This document shows, in pieces, positions 28,168 through 37,467 of a stretch of 40,151 bases of DNA. The translations under genes were made by a program, and so were the position numbers. The notes beneath the pieces were generated by a model. The model was not told the DNA's origin and ran no database searches. It saw only the letters and a list, made by a program, of their open reading frames with translations. Position 1 is the first letter of the stretch. Each line of letters opens with the position of its first letter. The DNA is from Nitrosotalea sp. (GTDB lineage: Archaea; Thermoproteota; Nitrososphaeria; Nitrososphaerales; Nitrosopumilaceae): the NCBI GenBank assembly GCA_033853455.1, contig JAWOLM010000050.1, forward strand, positions 1 to 40,151, read 5' to 3'.

Positions 28168-30678
28168 ATGCAAACATGTCCCAAGTGTAAGACCAAGATC
28201 GAGATTCAAAAGACATTCAATCAGAAAATCCTATTCAGTTGTTCACACTGCAAGCTAGAAGACGTAATAGATTACAAAAAAAACATTGACGAGGCATATC
28301 TAGAGTTTCTACTAAAGTACGATAACGGCGAGATTCCAACAAAGAAAGAATCGCAATATCTCCTTGAAAACGAAGGCTTGCTTCAAAGCGAGGATGAGAT
28401 AAAAAAGATGGTTGGGAAAGACAAGATAGATGAGCTGACAAGGTCAATCTTGTTTTCAAAGAAACATTATGTTTCACAATTCAGATCAATTGTAGAGCCA
28501 GACCCCGAGATGGGTTCTGCCGTTGAGGATTCTGGACTTAATGACAGCATAATAGAAGTGCTAAAGGCAAAAGGGATATCAAATTTTTACAAGTTTCAAG
28601 AAGACTCCATACATGACATAATGCTTGGAAGAAATATTGTCATAACTGCGCCAACTGCGTCTGGCAAGACAGAAGCCTTTGTGATACCAATCTTGCAAAA
28701 AATATCAGATATGAAGACACCTAAACATAATATACAAGCAATTTTTGTCTATCCTACAAAATCCTTGTCGCGTGACCAGTATCCAAAGATTAAGGAAATT
28801 GCACAAGGGTTAGGTCTTGGCACTGCAGTCTTTGATGGAGACACAAAAGACGAAGAAAGAAGAAAGATTTTGGAGACTCCGCCTGAAATTCTCATAACAA
28901 ACTTTGATGTGCTGCATTACCATCTTTGGCACAGGACAAAGTTTGCCTCTTTGTTAAACACAGTAAAATTCTTGGCAGTTGACGAAGCGCATGTGTATTC
29001 TGGAATATTTGGCTCTAATGTTCATTATATTATCAAGAGGCTAAAGAGAATCTGTCCCAAGGTTCAGTTTGTGGCCTCGTCAGCAACCCTTGAGAACGCA
29101 TTAACTTTTTGCCAAGACTTATTCGGAGTTGAGATGAGGCAGGTCAGGGGCTCTGGAAAGAAAGGGAGAATAGAATTTTGTATGCTTTTCCCCTCACTTG
29201 TAACCCAGCGTTCGTTAATGATTGACATATTAAAGAAACTTACCACAAAAAAACACAAGACCCTTGTTTTCAACAACTCGCACCTAAACTCTGAGCTATT
29301 AGCGCTTCAGGCAAGACGACAAAAGATAGACATCAAGGTGCACAGAGCAGGACTGATGGCAAACTACCGCAGATCAGTTGAGAATCTGTTTCGAAGCGAC
29401 AAATTACTTTCAATTTCTGCAACTCCTACACTGGAGCTTGGAATTGATGTGGGAAATGTTGACGGTGTGATATCTTCCACCATTCCAATCAATCGTCTCA
29501 TTCAAAGAATTGGCAGAGCTGCAAGAAAAGGTCAGGATGGATTTGCCTTTCTAGTACTTGGGAATGATCCGATATCACAATATTACAAGAATCACCCAAC
29601 TGATTACTTTGAAGATATTGAACAAATCTACATTGACCCAAAGAATCCATTTGTTGAAGAGTTTCAAGTTCTTGCAATGGCATGCGACAAACCAATTACA
29701 AAACATGAATTGCCGGAACATCAATCTACAATTCAGAAACATCTCGATGTTGGCAATCTAGTGGTACTTGAAAACAGATACGTTCCAAATCTCGCACAAA
29801 TAAAAAACCTTCTTGAAGAATATAGCATTAGAGGAATAGGAAAATCAATTGACATATTTCTTAACGGTAAAAAGGTTGGAGACAGAATACTTCCTATTGC
29901 TCTAGAAGAACTGCACCCATCTGCTATCTACTTTCTTGCAGGTACAAGATATAGGGTAAAAGAGATCGGATATCCAGAAAACATGTCTTGCAAGCTTGAA
30001 ACCTTGCCAAGGAATTATCCATACTATACTAAAGCCCTTACAGAAGAGTGGCCCACAATTGAGACAATATACGAAAAGCGTAATGCAAATGGAATTGAGG
30101 CAGCATTCTGCAAGTTGCACATACAAAAGCGCGTTTATGGCTATGTCAATATCGAGCTTGGTCAAGAGCTGACTCAGGGTCAAAAAGTAATTTTGGAAAG
30201 ACCGCTTGATTATGATTTTGTCACAAAGGGGCTTGTCTTCAAGGCTCCGAGGCCTCTAAATGAGATAAGCAGGGCTGAAAATGAAGAATACACAGAAGCT
30301 AGTGGGTACCACGCAACAGAACATGTAGTAATAGAAGGAAGCAACATGATAACAGGAGGCGTCTCTCAAGACCTAGGCGGTATCTCACTTGGTACATCCG
30401 GCCTGATCTTTGTTTACGACTCGGCAATTGGAGGGAATGGTGCAAGTAAAGCTCTTTTTGACAGGCTTGAAAAGGCATTTGAACGGAGCTTGCACATTGT
30501 AAAGGAATGTCCTTGTAAAAACGAGTCAGGTTGTCCGAGATGCACATTTTCCTATAGATGCGGCAACAATAATGAGTACCTCCACAAGATGGCAGCTGCT
30601 GAGATTCTTCAGCGAGTTGTTGTTGGAGAAATAACGGAGATAACAGAGCCTACAGAGGGAGATAAGCCTCTTGTCTAA
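28168..30678 (+). CDS. DEAH-box SF2 helicase with C-terminal DUF1998 Zn domain (Hrq1/SftH/MrfA-like)
   Basis: APTASGKT, DEAH, SSAT, LELGIDVG, QRIGRAAR; C-terminal CPC...GCPRC; N-terminal CPKC/CSHC. Confidence 0.9.
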   Translation: MQTCPKCKTKIEIQKTFNQKILFSCSHCKLEDVIDYKKNIDEAYLEFLLKYDNGEIPTKKESQYLLENEGLLQSEDEIKKMVGKDKIDELTRSILFSKKHYVSQFRSIVEPDPEMGSAVEDSGLNDSIIEVLKAKGISNFYKFQEDSIHDIMLGRNIVITAPTASGKTEAFVIPILQKISDMKTPKHNIQAIFVYPTKSLSRDQYPKIKEIAQGLGLGTAVFDGDTKDEERRKILETPPEILITNFDVLHYHLWHRTKFASLLNTVKFLAVDEAHVYSGIFGSNVHYIIKRLKRICPKVQFVASSATLENALTFCQDLFGVEMRQVRGSGKKGRIEFCMLFPSLVTQRSLMIDILKKLTTKKHKTLVFNNSHLNSELLALQARRQKIDIKVHRAGLMANYRRSVENLFRSDKLLSISATPTLELGIDVGNVDGVISSTIPINRLIQRIGRAARKGQDGFAFLVLGNDPISQYYKNHPTDYFEDIEQIYIDPKNPFVEEFQVLAMACDKPITKHELPEHQSTIQKHLDVGNLVVLENRYVPNLAQIKNLLEEYSIRGIGKSIDIFLNGKKVGDRILPIALEELHPSAIYFLAGTRYRVKEIGYPENMSCKLETLPRNYPYYTKALTEEWPTIETIYEKRNANGIEAAFCKLHIQKRVYGYVNIELGQELTQGQKVILERPLDYDFVTKGLVFKAPRPLNEISRAENEEYTEASGYHATEHVVIEGSNMITGGVSQDLGGISLGTSGLIFVYDSAIGGNGASKALFDRLEKAFERSLHIVKECPCKNESGCPRCTFSYRCGNNNEYLHKMAAAEILQRVVVGEITEITEPTEGDKPLV

Positions 30679-30739
30679 AACTGCATTGGTCTTGAATTAT
30701 TTCATTTTAAATGATACAAATTATTAACATGGTTTTAGA

Positions 30740-31573
30740 ATGAAAAACATGGAAAAGGTCGCAATTGTGACGGGTAGCTCAAGTGGTATCGGCTTTGAGA
30801 CCGCACTTGCACTAGCAAGAGACGGCTATTACACATATGCCACAATGCGTGACACAAAAAAAGGTAAGACAATTCTAGATATTGCAAAAAAAGATGGCTT
30901 GAAGATTGAAGTCTTAGAAATGGATGTAGACAGAGAAGAGACGATAAAAAATGCCGTTAACAAGATAGTTCAAGACAAAAACAGAATAGATGTTCTTGTA
31001 AACAATGCAGGATATTTTCTTGTAGGATGCTTGGAAGACCTGACACTCAGAGACGTCAAGGCTCAGTTTGAGACCAACTTTTTTGGCGTGATAAGAACCA
31101 TACAGCAGGTCCTACCCACCATGCGCAATCAAAAATCAGGAATCATAGTAAACGTGAGCTCCGTTGCGGGAAGGATTGGTTTTCCAGTAACGCCTGCATA
31201 CATTAGCTCAAAGTTTGCCCTAGAAGGACTATCAGAGTCTATGCGATACGAGCTCGCACCCTTTGGGATTAAGACGATAATCATTGAACCTGGAGTTGTA
31301 AAGACTAATCTCTTTGCGTCACTTAAGAAAACTACCAAGCCTGACTCGGTATACAAGGATATAACTGAAAAGGTGATGCAGGGCCTGACAATGATGTCTC
31401 AGATGGCAACTCCTGCTCAAGAGGTTGCAAGGACTATAGTAAATGCAGTCAAGGCCGAGAATCCATTGCCAAGGTATCCGGTAGGCAATGACGCTGTGAT
31501 GTTTCTAGAAGCCAAAAAGAACAAGACAGATATCGAGTTTGAAAATTATATAAAAAAGGAACTTTTTGACTAG
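30740..31573 (+). CDS. Short-chain dehydrogenase/reductase
   Basis: TGSSSGIG, NNAG, YISSK catalytic motif. Confidence 0.92.
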   Translation: MKNMEKVAIVTGSSSGIGFETALALARDGYYTYATMRDTKKGKTILDIAKKDGLKIEVLEMDVDREETIKNAVNKIVQDKNRIDVLVNNAGYFLVGCLEDLTLRDVKAQFETNFFGVIRTIQQVLPTMRNQKSGIIVNVSSVAGRIGFPVTPAYISSKFALEGLSESMRYELAPFGIKTIIIEPGVVKTNLFASLKKTTKPDSVYKDITEKVMQGLTMMSQMATPAQEVARTIVNAVKAENPLPRYPVGNDAVMFLEAKKNKTDIEFENYIKKELFD

Positions 31574-31729
31574 GTTTCATCAAGATAGCCCATCCTTTTG
31601 GCATCTCATATAACATTGTTCAAAAATTATATGAATTATTTACATTATTTTTGAGTAGATTGATATAAGTCGTAAAGTCAATTTTTGTCAAAGTCAACAG
31701 ATTTAGGTAAAACAAGATGATATTGAAAA

Positions 31730-33295
31730 ATGAAATGGAAGACACTACAACATAATGGCATAGCATTTCCGCCCCCTTTTGAGTCAAAGGGAATTGCAGT
31801 CAAGATAAAGGGAGAGAAAGTCTCACTAAGCCTTGATGCAGAAGAGATGGCTTACCAGTGGGCAAAAAAGAAGGACACGCCTTATGTGAAGGACACAACA
31901 TTTCAGAAGAATTTTCTTTCTGATTTCGTAAAGATTCTTCCAGACAAATACAAAAAGATAACATTTTCAGATATTGATTTTTCAGACGCGTTCAAGGTAG
32001 TCGATAAAGAAAACGACGCAAAACTCTTGGTAACAAAGGAGGAAAAAAAGAAACTCGCAACAACAAGAAAAGAGATCAAGGAGAAGATGAAATCAGTATA
32101 CGGTAAGGCCATGATGGACGGCAAGGAAGTCGAGGTTGCAAACTGGATGGCAGAGCCACCAGGTCTTTTCATAGGTCGCGGGGATCATCCTCTACGAGGA
32201 AGATGGAAGCCAAGAATAACAGAGAAAGACGTCACATTGAACCTTGGCAAGGAAGCAAAGGTCCCATCTGGGAAATGGGGTGAGATAATTCATGAGCAGG
32301 ATTTCATGTGGCTTGCAAGTTGGGAGGATAGGTTAACAGAGAAGAGAAAATATGTCTGGCTCTCAGACACCTCAGACCTCAAACAAGAACGCGATAAAAT
32401 GAAGTACGAAAAGGCAACCAAGCTTTCAGAGCATATCGACAAAGTTCTCGATGCCATAGTCAAAAAAATGTCAGATAAGGACGAAAAGGTGAGAAGCGTT
32501 GCCACTGTAAGTTACTTGATTTACAAGACAGCAATGAGAGTAGGAGATGAAAAAGATCCAGATGAGGCTGATACTGTTGGTGCCACCACTCTAAGGGTGG
32601 AACATGTCAAGCTAAAACCTAATGTAATAGAGTTTGATTTCCTTGGAAAGGACAGTGTTCGATGGCAGAAGCCTCTGCCCGTTGAGGAAAAGGACAAGGT
32701 CTTTTATGAAAACATGAGAAAGTTAACAGAAAAGAAAAAACCTGATAATCTCATATTTGACAGCATTACGTCAAGACATGTAAACGAGTTTCTAGGAAAT
32801 GTGGTCAAGGGACTCACTGCCAAAGTTTTCAGAACATATCTTGCAACAAATGTTGTAAGAAATTACTTGAAGAAAGTTGATGATCTTGACTCTAAATCGG
32901 AAAACATCAAGATATATCATGCAAAACTCGCAAACCTAGAGGCTGCCATAACATGCAACCACAAAAGAACCATACCCAAGAACTTTGAAGAATCACTACA
33001 AAAGAAAAAAGACGCGTTAAAGAACCTCAAGGAAAAAGCCACAAAGACTGAGAAGCAAGCAGAAAAGCAAAAACAAAGAGAAGAGAAGATGAAGCTAACC
33101 ATAGAGCTTACAGAAAAGACTAGAGATTATAATCTTGGTACATCTTTACGCAACTACATTGACCCAAGGGTTGTCAAGGCATGGTCAGATGAAGTTGGAC
33201 TTGCATGGGAAAAACTTTACACTAGTGCGTTGCAGAAAAAATTCCAGTGGGTCGCAAAAGTAGACATCAACTGGAAAGAGATCTCTCAAGCATAA
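31730..33295 (+). CDS. DNA topoisomerase IB (eukaryote-like)
   Basis: KWKTLQHNG, EPPGLFIGRGDHP, catalytic set AMRVG.EK, DFLGKDS, KVFRTY, CNH, NYIDPR. Confidence 0.96.
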   Translation: MKWKTLQHNGIAFPPPFESKGIAVKIKGEKVSLSLDAEEMAYQWAKKKDTPYVKDTTFQKNFLSDFVKILPDKYKKITFSDIDFSDAFKVVDKENDAKLLVTKEEKKKLATTRKEIKEKMKSVYGKAMMDGKEVEVANWMAEPPGLFIGRGDHPLRGRWKPRITEKDVTLNLGKEAKVPSGKWGEIIHEQDFMWLASWEDRLTEKRKYVWLSDTSDLKQERDKMKYEKATKLSEHIDKVLDAIVKKMSDKDEKVRSVATVSYLIYKTAMRVGDEKDPDEADTVGATTLRVEHVKLKPNVIEFDFLGKDSVRWQKPLPVEEKDKVFYENMRKLTEKKKPDNLIFDSITSRHVNEFLGNVVKGLTAKVFRTYLATNVVRNYLKKVDDLDSKSENIKIYHAKLANLEAAITCNHKRTIPKNFEESLQKKKDALKNLKEKATKTEKQAEKQKQREEKMKLTIELTEKTRDYNLGTSLRNYIDPRVVKAWSDEVGLAWEKLYTSALQKKFQWVAKVDINWKEISQA

Positions 33296-33355
33296 GCAGA
33301 GTGAAAACTTGTGACATTTTGTAGTATATTGAGTACCTCAAGGATTTTTGAGGAG

Positions 33356-33895
33356 TCATTCAGAAAATCGCAATGCAAACGTATTCTTGTTATATTTTAC
33401 ATTGATCTTTTTGTGGAACAGTTCATCAAATATACGCTCCAAGATTATCTTGTTGTATAACGACCAGTTCTTGCCAAGATCATGTTTCATAACAACAGTA
33501 TGAGTTCCATCATCGGACATGTGACTTACCTGAACAGAAGAATTTACCATTTGAGTCTCAAACCATGACATGAATGTGTCAATGTTAAGCTCGCCTTTCA
33601 TAAAGAGCGCAACATCGCGTACCTCATCCGTTCCTATAGTGCTTGCAATCTCGATCACTTCCTTTTCCTTTAGATTTTCAAAGATTTTAACAAAGACCGG
33701 TCTGTTAAGAGAGACAAGCCCGATTCTTGGCTGGTAAATGTCCCACTCGAGAAATCTCCTCATGGCCTGCGTTGCAAGTGTATTGGTGCTTACTTGATGT
33801 TCCTTTGCTTCATTTTGTAGTTTTGCGATGAGATCTTCATCGAATCTAAACGTGATGGTAGCTGTCTTTTTCCTTACCACATCCGGATCTCGCAT
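33356..33895 (-). CDS. Hypothetical protein with N-terminal ribbon-helix-helix-like motif
   Basis: TITFRFDEDLIAKLQNEAKEHQVSTNTL matches the RHH strand-helix-helix pattern; C-terminal domain unassigned. Confidence 0.6.
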   Translation of the reverse strand: MRDPDVVRKKTATITFRFDEDLIAKLQNEAKEHQVSTNTLATQAMRRFLEWDIYQPRIGLVSLNRPVFVKIFENLKEKEVIEIASTIGTDEVRDVALFMKGELNIDTFMSWFETQMVNSSVQVSHMSDDGTHTVVMKHDLGKNWSLYNKIILERIFDELFHKKINVKYNKNTFALRFSE

Positions 33896-34014
33896 GAGCT
33901 ATGTATGGGTTTTCGATATTTAAGAAATGATTAACATTGTAAGTGAAAATCTGATGATTTTTGTCTTACATTGTGTACCCAGATATTTTATGTATGTTTT
34001 GACAATACAATATC

Positions 34015-34485
34015 ATGGTAGAAATCAATGTCAAGGTACAAATCGACGCACCCATTGAAAGAGTGTGGGATGTCGTATCAAGAGTTGATGAGGATCCAAG
34101 GTTTTGGAATCTCATGAAAGCTATACGAAACATCTCAAAAAGTGAGAAGGAAATAGTTCGACAAGTCACCTTAGGTAAGACCGAAAAATGCAACCAGAAA
34201 ATAACTTTCTTGCCAAAAGAAGCAGTTCATGTCCTTTGGACAAAAGGAGTGATAACAGGAGAAAAAGACATTGTGTTGACATCTCTTGGTAACGCAACGC
34301 TTCTTGAGGTCAAGATGGATTACAAGATCTCTGGACCGGCTCGCTTCTTCCCAGGAGCAATCACAGATGATCTACATCTGGAAGCTGAAATGGCGGTTGA
34401 ACTGATAAAGGAAAAAGCAGAGGGAAAACCTCACTACATTCCTATGGAAGAGCGAAAGATGTGGGCCGACCTAATACGTGGATAG
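34015..34485 (+). CDS. SRPBCC/START (polyketide cyclase-like) family protein
   Basis: IDAPIERVWDVVS...P.FW N-terminal signature. Confidence 0.8.
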   Translation: MVEINVKVQIDAPIERVWDVVSRVDEDPRFWNLMKAIRNISKSEKEIVRQVTLGKTEKCNQKITFLPKEAVHVLWTKGVITGEKDIVLTSLGNATLLEVKMDYKISGPARFFPGAITDDLHLEAEMAVELIKEKAEGKPHYIPMEERKMWADLIRG

Positions 34486-34651
34486 AATCAGAAAGATTGT
34501 CAAGAGAAAACAATTTTACTGATTTAAATTGTTTCATGAAAGTATGAAATGGTCCGGCTCAGACTAATTCTTTTTGTTTTAAACTAATTTTTGTAAAGCA
34601 TTTTCTTCTACGAGTACATTTAATTGCATGTGGAAATTAGGCGTAACTTAT

Positions 34652-34744
34652 GCCGGGGTAGCTCAGCCTGGCCTAGAGTGCCAGTCCACATAAAGGGTAA
34701 TACTCATAATCTGGAGGTCGTGGGTTCGAAACCCACCCCCGGTA
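34652..34744 (+). tRNA. tRNA-Met(CAU), elongator-like, with 17-nt intron (34685-34701) at position 30/31
   Basis: Acceptor GCCGGGG/CCCCGGT+A, D arm GCTC/GAGT, anticodon stem CCAG^A/TCTGG with loop CT-CAT-AA, T arm GTGGG-TTCGAAA-CCCAC; intron forms a BHB-like motif. Confidence 0.92.
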
Positions 34745-34876
34745 TACACCTCAACCGCATTTCTGAGGATATTTTCACAAAATTCATGAAAGACAGGATT
34801 TTGATTTTATCTTATTTTCAAACGTGATAATTAGCCATTTTCTTATATACAATTGTTGAGACCAGTCGAAATAACT

Positions 34877-35026
34877 TTGGCAAAGAAATGCGAGATCTGT
34901 TCAAAAAAAATTTCAAATCAAGATGTTACTCATTGTTCAGAAGAATGTCTTCTTAAGAGCATAGAAAAGAGCAGACCATTTGTGCCTTACAACAAAAAAA
35001 ATGAATCGTTTAAAGATGATTATTGA
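34877..35026 (+). CDS. Small Cys4 zinc/metal-finger protein (49 aa, TRASH/DUF2116-like; not in ORF track)
   Basis: Manual translation from TTG: MAKKCEICSKKISNQDVTHCSEECLLKSIEKSRPFVPYNKKNESFKDDY; TTATATA box at 34843-34849. Confidence 0.62.
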   Translation: MAKKCEICSKKISNQDVTHCSEECLLKSIEKSRPFVPYNKKNESFKDDY

Positions 35027-35090
35027 TAGTATTTTTCAAACATAGAGTCAAATGTATCTTAATGCCTAGCTAATCAAACGAATAATCTAT

Positions 35091-35297
35091 TCAAGGAAGT
35101 GGATATTTTTCTCCAGGTTTGCATATATGGTCTCCACATATTTTTACTAGAGGATGGGATATCGTAATATGATGGTGAGCGTAATCACCTCCTATTTCTT
35201 CTATGCCAAGTCCAATCGTGTTCAATCCTATTGCGAACACGAAAAGAGGTAGAATCGAAAGTGCCATAATCTGTTTTGCGGTTGTCATTACAAACAT
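35091..35297 (-). CDS. Small exported/membrane-anchored His/Cys-rich protein
   Basis: Hydrophobic N-terminus then HHH...H and ICGDHICKPGE. Confidence 0.6.
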   Translation of the reverse strand: MFVMTTAKQIMALSILPLFVFAIGLNTIGLGIEEIGGDYAHHHITISHPLVKICGDHICKPGEKYPLP

Positions 35298-35433
35298 TAA
35301 CCCTGAAATCTTATTTTAGGATCTGGTAAATTACTATCTTTGATTATCATCCATGGATTGCAAATTTCCCAAAACTGGAAAAGTATAACGTCTAAAAATA
35401 GTACTCCCGGCTATGGATTTTTAAGATTCAGGA

Positions 35434-35868
35434 CTATTTTATAACAAGTACTGGAATTTTGGACTTGTGTACGACTGTATTTGCTACACTTCCCAAGAAG
35501 GCTTCTTTTACAGATCCTAATCCTCTTGAGCCTATCACAATTAGATCGAATTTTTTGCTAGCCGCAAATTCTGGTATTAGCCATGATCCATTGCCATAGA
35601 GCAATTTTTCATTTAATACAATACCATTTTGAGCCGCAATTTTTTTTGCGTCCGCCATGAATTTTTTTGCCTGTTTTGTGGTCTCATTTCTGAGAGGTGT
35701 CAATATCCTTCCAGGAAATCCAAGATTCATAGAATACAGCGGAATGACGCATAATGCTGTAATTGTTGCATCACATTGTCGTGCCAAATAGATTGCCTCA
35801 TTCAATCCCCTCAAGGAATTCTTTGAACCGTCAATAGGCACCAAGATTTTCTTAATTTTTTGTTTCAT
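35434..35868 (-). CDS. Universal stress protein (UspA family)
   Basis: KILVPIDGS and IVIGSRGLGSVKEAFLGSV; start at ATG 35868 or GTG 35877. Confidence 0.93.
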   Translation of the reverse strand: MKQKIKKILVPIDGSKNSLRGLNEAIYLARQCDATITALCVIPLYSMNLGFPGRILTPLRNETTKQAKKFMADAKKIAAQNGIVLNEKLLYGNGSWLIPEFAASKKFDLIVIGSRGLGSVKEAFLGSVANTVVHKSKIPVLVIK

Positions 35869-36024
35869 CAAAACCACCGGTTTTCATCAAGTACTGTTTC
35901 ATTTCTTTGCCTTTAAAATTATTCATTGATGACTCTTTCCCATTATTACTTAAAAACCCGTTATTTAGTTATCAAAGGTGGAATTCGAATATTTCCTTAA
36001 ATGAATAATAACTAAATCTAATTT

Positions 36025-36444
36025 ATGTTTGCGCACATTATGGTTCCCTATGACAATTCAGAGCCGGCCAACAAGGCTCTTGAATTTGCAATAGACCTTA
36101 CAAAAAAATACAGTTCAAAGTTGAGCGTTATTGCATATGTTCCTTTGAATCTTGATTATGCTGAGGAAGGCACATCGTATATTGAGACTGTGAAACTTCT
36201 CAAAAGTTCTGCTGCAAATTCACTTTCGAAGTTAGAACCAAATTTGAAAGAAGTTCCGTACGAGTTAAAGGTGATTGATGGCATATCAGTTGTAGAAACT
36301 CTGTTATCATATGCAGAGATGCATCATGTAGACATTATTGTGATCGGTTCAAGAGGATTAGGAGGATTCAAAAAATTGCTACTTGGAAGTGTGGCAAGTG
36401 GAATTTCACAGCACTCAAAGTGTCCTGTGTTGATAGTAAAATAA
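36025..36444 (+). CDS. Universal stress protein (UspA family)
   Basis: HIMVPYDNS and IVIGSRGLGGFKKLLLGSV...CPVLIVK. Confidence 0.93.
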   Translation: MFAHIMVPYDNSEPANKALEFAIDLTKKYSSKLSVIAYVPLNLDYAEEGTSYIETVKLLKSSAANSLSKLEPNLKEVPYELKVIDGISVVETLLSYAEMHHVDIIVIGSRGLGGFKKLLLGSVASGISQHSKCPVLIVK

Positions 36445-36481
36445 GAATTCCAAATGCATAACTCAATTGAGACAATAATGA

Positions 36482-36889
36482 CTATTTGATTAACATTACA
36501 GCAACTTTGGACTTGCTTAATACATAATGAGATACGCTGCCAAGAAAAATTTTCTTAAATGTTCCTAATCCTCGAGCGCCTATTACAATTAGGTCTACGC
36601 CACGCGTGTTCGCATATTCAATTATCTCATGTCCTGGATCACCTACAAGTATCCTGCTATGAAATGGAATAGAGTTTTTGAGTGCAAGTTTATTTGCCTG
36701 CAAGAGAAACGATGGCTGCACTTCTTCTGATTTTTTTCTTGGTGTTCCCTTTTGAAGTGTATGGATTACATAAATTGCAGTAAGAGACGCCTCATGTTCT
36801 TTTGCAAGATGAATAGCAGTCTCTAGTCCTCTAAGAGAGTTTTTTGAGCCATCCAACGGTACTAGGATCTGGCTTATTTGTTTATTCAT
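36482..36889 (-). CDS. Universal stress protein (UspA family)
   Basis: QILVPLDGS, GDPG, IVIGARGLGTFKKIFLGSVS; ATG 36889 follows GGAG. Confidence 0.92.
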   Translation of the reverse strand: MNKQISQILVPLDGSKNSLRGLETAIHLAKEHEASLTAIYVIHTLQKGTPRKKSEEVQPSFLLQANKLALKNSIPFHSRILVGDPGHEIIEYANTRGVDLIVIGARGLGTFKKIFLGSVSHYVLSKSKVAVMLIK

Positions 36890-37367
36890 GTACTCCACAA
36901 ATTAATGACATGGTCTCGCCATCTTTATCATGCGCCAAGGCCTTGCCTGATTCTTCCTGCGGATTTAATGAAAATACTGCCTTTGGTTTGAACATGATAA
37001 CTGCTGGTTGTTTATTTTGGCTTAGCCGTTCAAACACTTTTGCAGATGTCTTACCAGTGACAGAACGCGATATTGTCTCAATAATTTTTGTTCGTTTGTT
37101 TGTATCTGTTATGAAACTTACTTTGCCTTTCATCTGGTATCCCTTTAATTTTTCCTTATCAAAAACAGCTACACTTACCCAAGGTATAACTTGAAAGTTT
37201 CCCTGTGATTTATGTTTGAAAAAATCAAGCCAATAAATGGCATCATCTACAAAGTAAAACGCAGTTCTTGGAGAAATATTTGCTATGCCGTTTGGATCGA
37301 CCGAGCCGACAACTACGAATTTTTGTTGTTTTAGGAGTTTTTGTACATCTTCTGGAATTGTAACCAT
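36882..37367 (-). CDS. Pyridoxamine 5'-phosphate oxidase-like FMN-binding split-barrel protein
   Basis: VGSVDPNGIANISPR, HKSQGN...PWVSV, GYQMKG pattern. Confidence 0.8.
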   Translation of the reverse strand: MVTIPEDVQKLLKQQKFVVVGSVDPNGIANISPRTAFYFVDDAIYWLDFFKHKSQGNFQVIPWVSVAVFDKEKLKGYQMKGKVSFITDTNKRTKIIETISRSVTGKTSAKVFERLSQNKQPAVIMFKPKAVFSLNPQEESGKALAHDKDGETMSLICGVHE

Positions 37368-37467
37368 ATTGATCTTTTTCCAGCTCTTTTAATTAAAGTA
37401 TAACATGTGATTCTCTTTACTGATAATCTCCATTCTCATTATATAAGATAAATTAAGATTGTATATC

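Noticed and set aside
28168-30678. Helicase as part of a DISARM/Druantia defence system
   Set aside because: No DNA methylase, PLD nuclease or other partners; neighbours are housekeeping genes
31667-31697. Short AAAGTCAA direct repeats upstream of topoisomerase IB
   Set aside because: Only two exact 8-mers with irregular partial copies in AT-rich DNA; not an array or iteron set
33336-33353. CCTCAA/TTGAGG hairpin between convergent genes
   Set aside because: A 6-bp stem is weak, and archaeal termination mostly uses U-tracts
34624-34827. 67-aa ORF
   Set aside because: Overlies the tRNA-Met gene
35852-35902. Possible short uORF, TTGATGAAA repeats and AAAACC/GGTTTT stem at the start of the first USP
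   Set aside because: The stem is short with a 3-nt loop and the USP start is ambiguous; not distinguishable from chance
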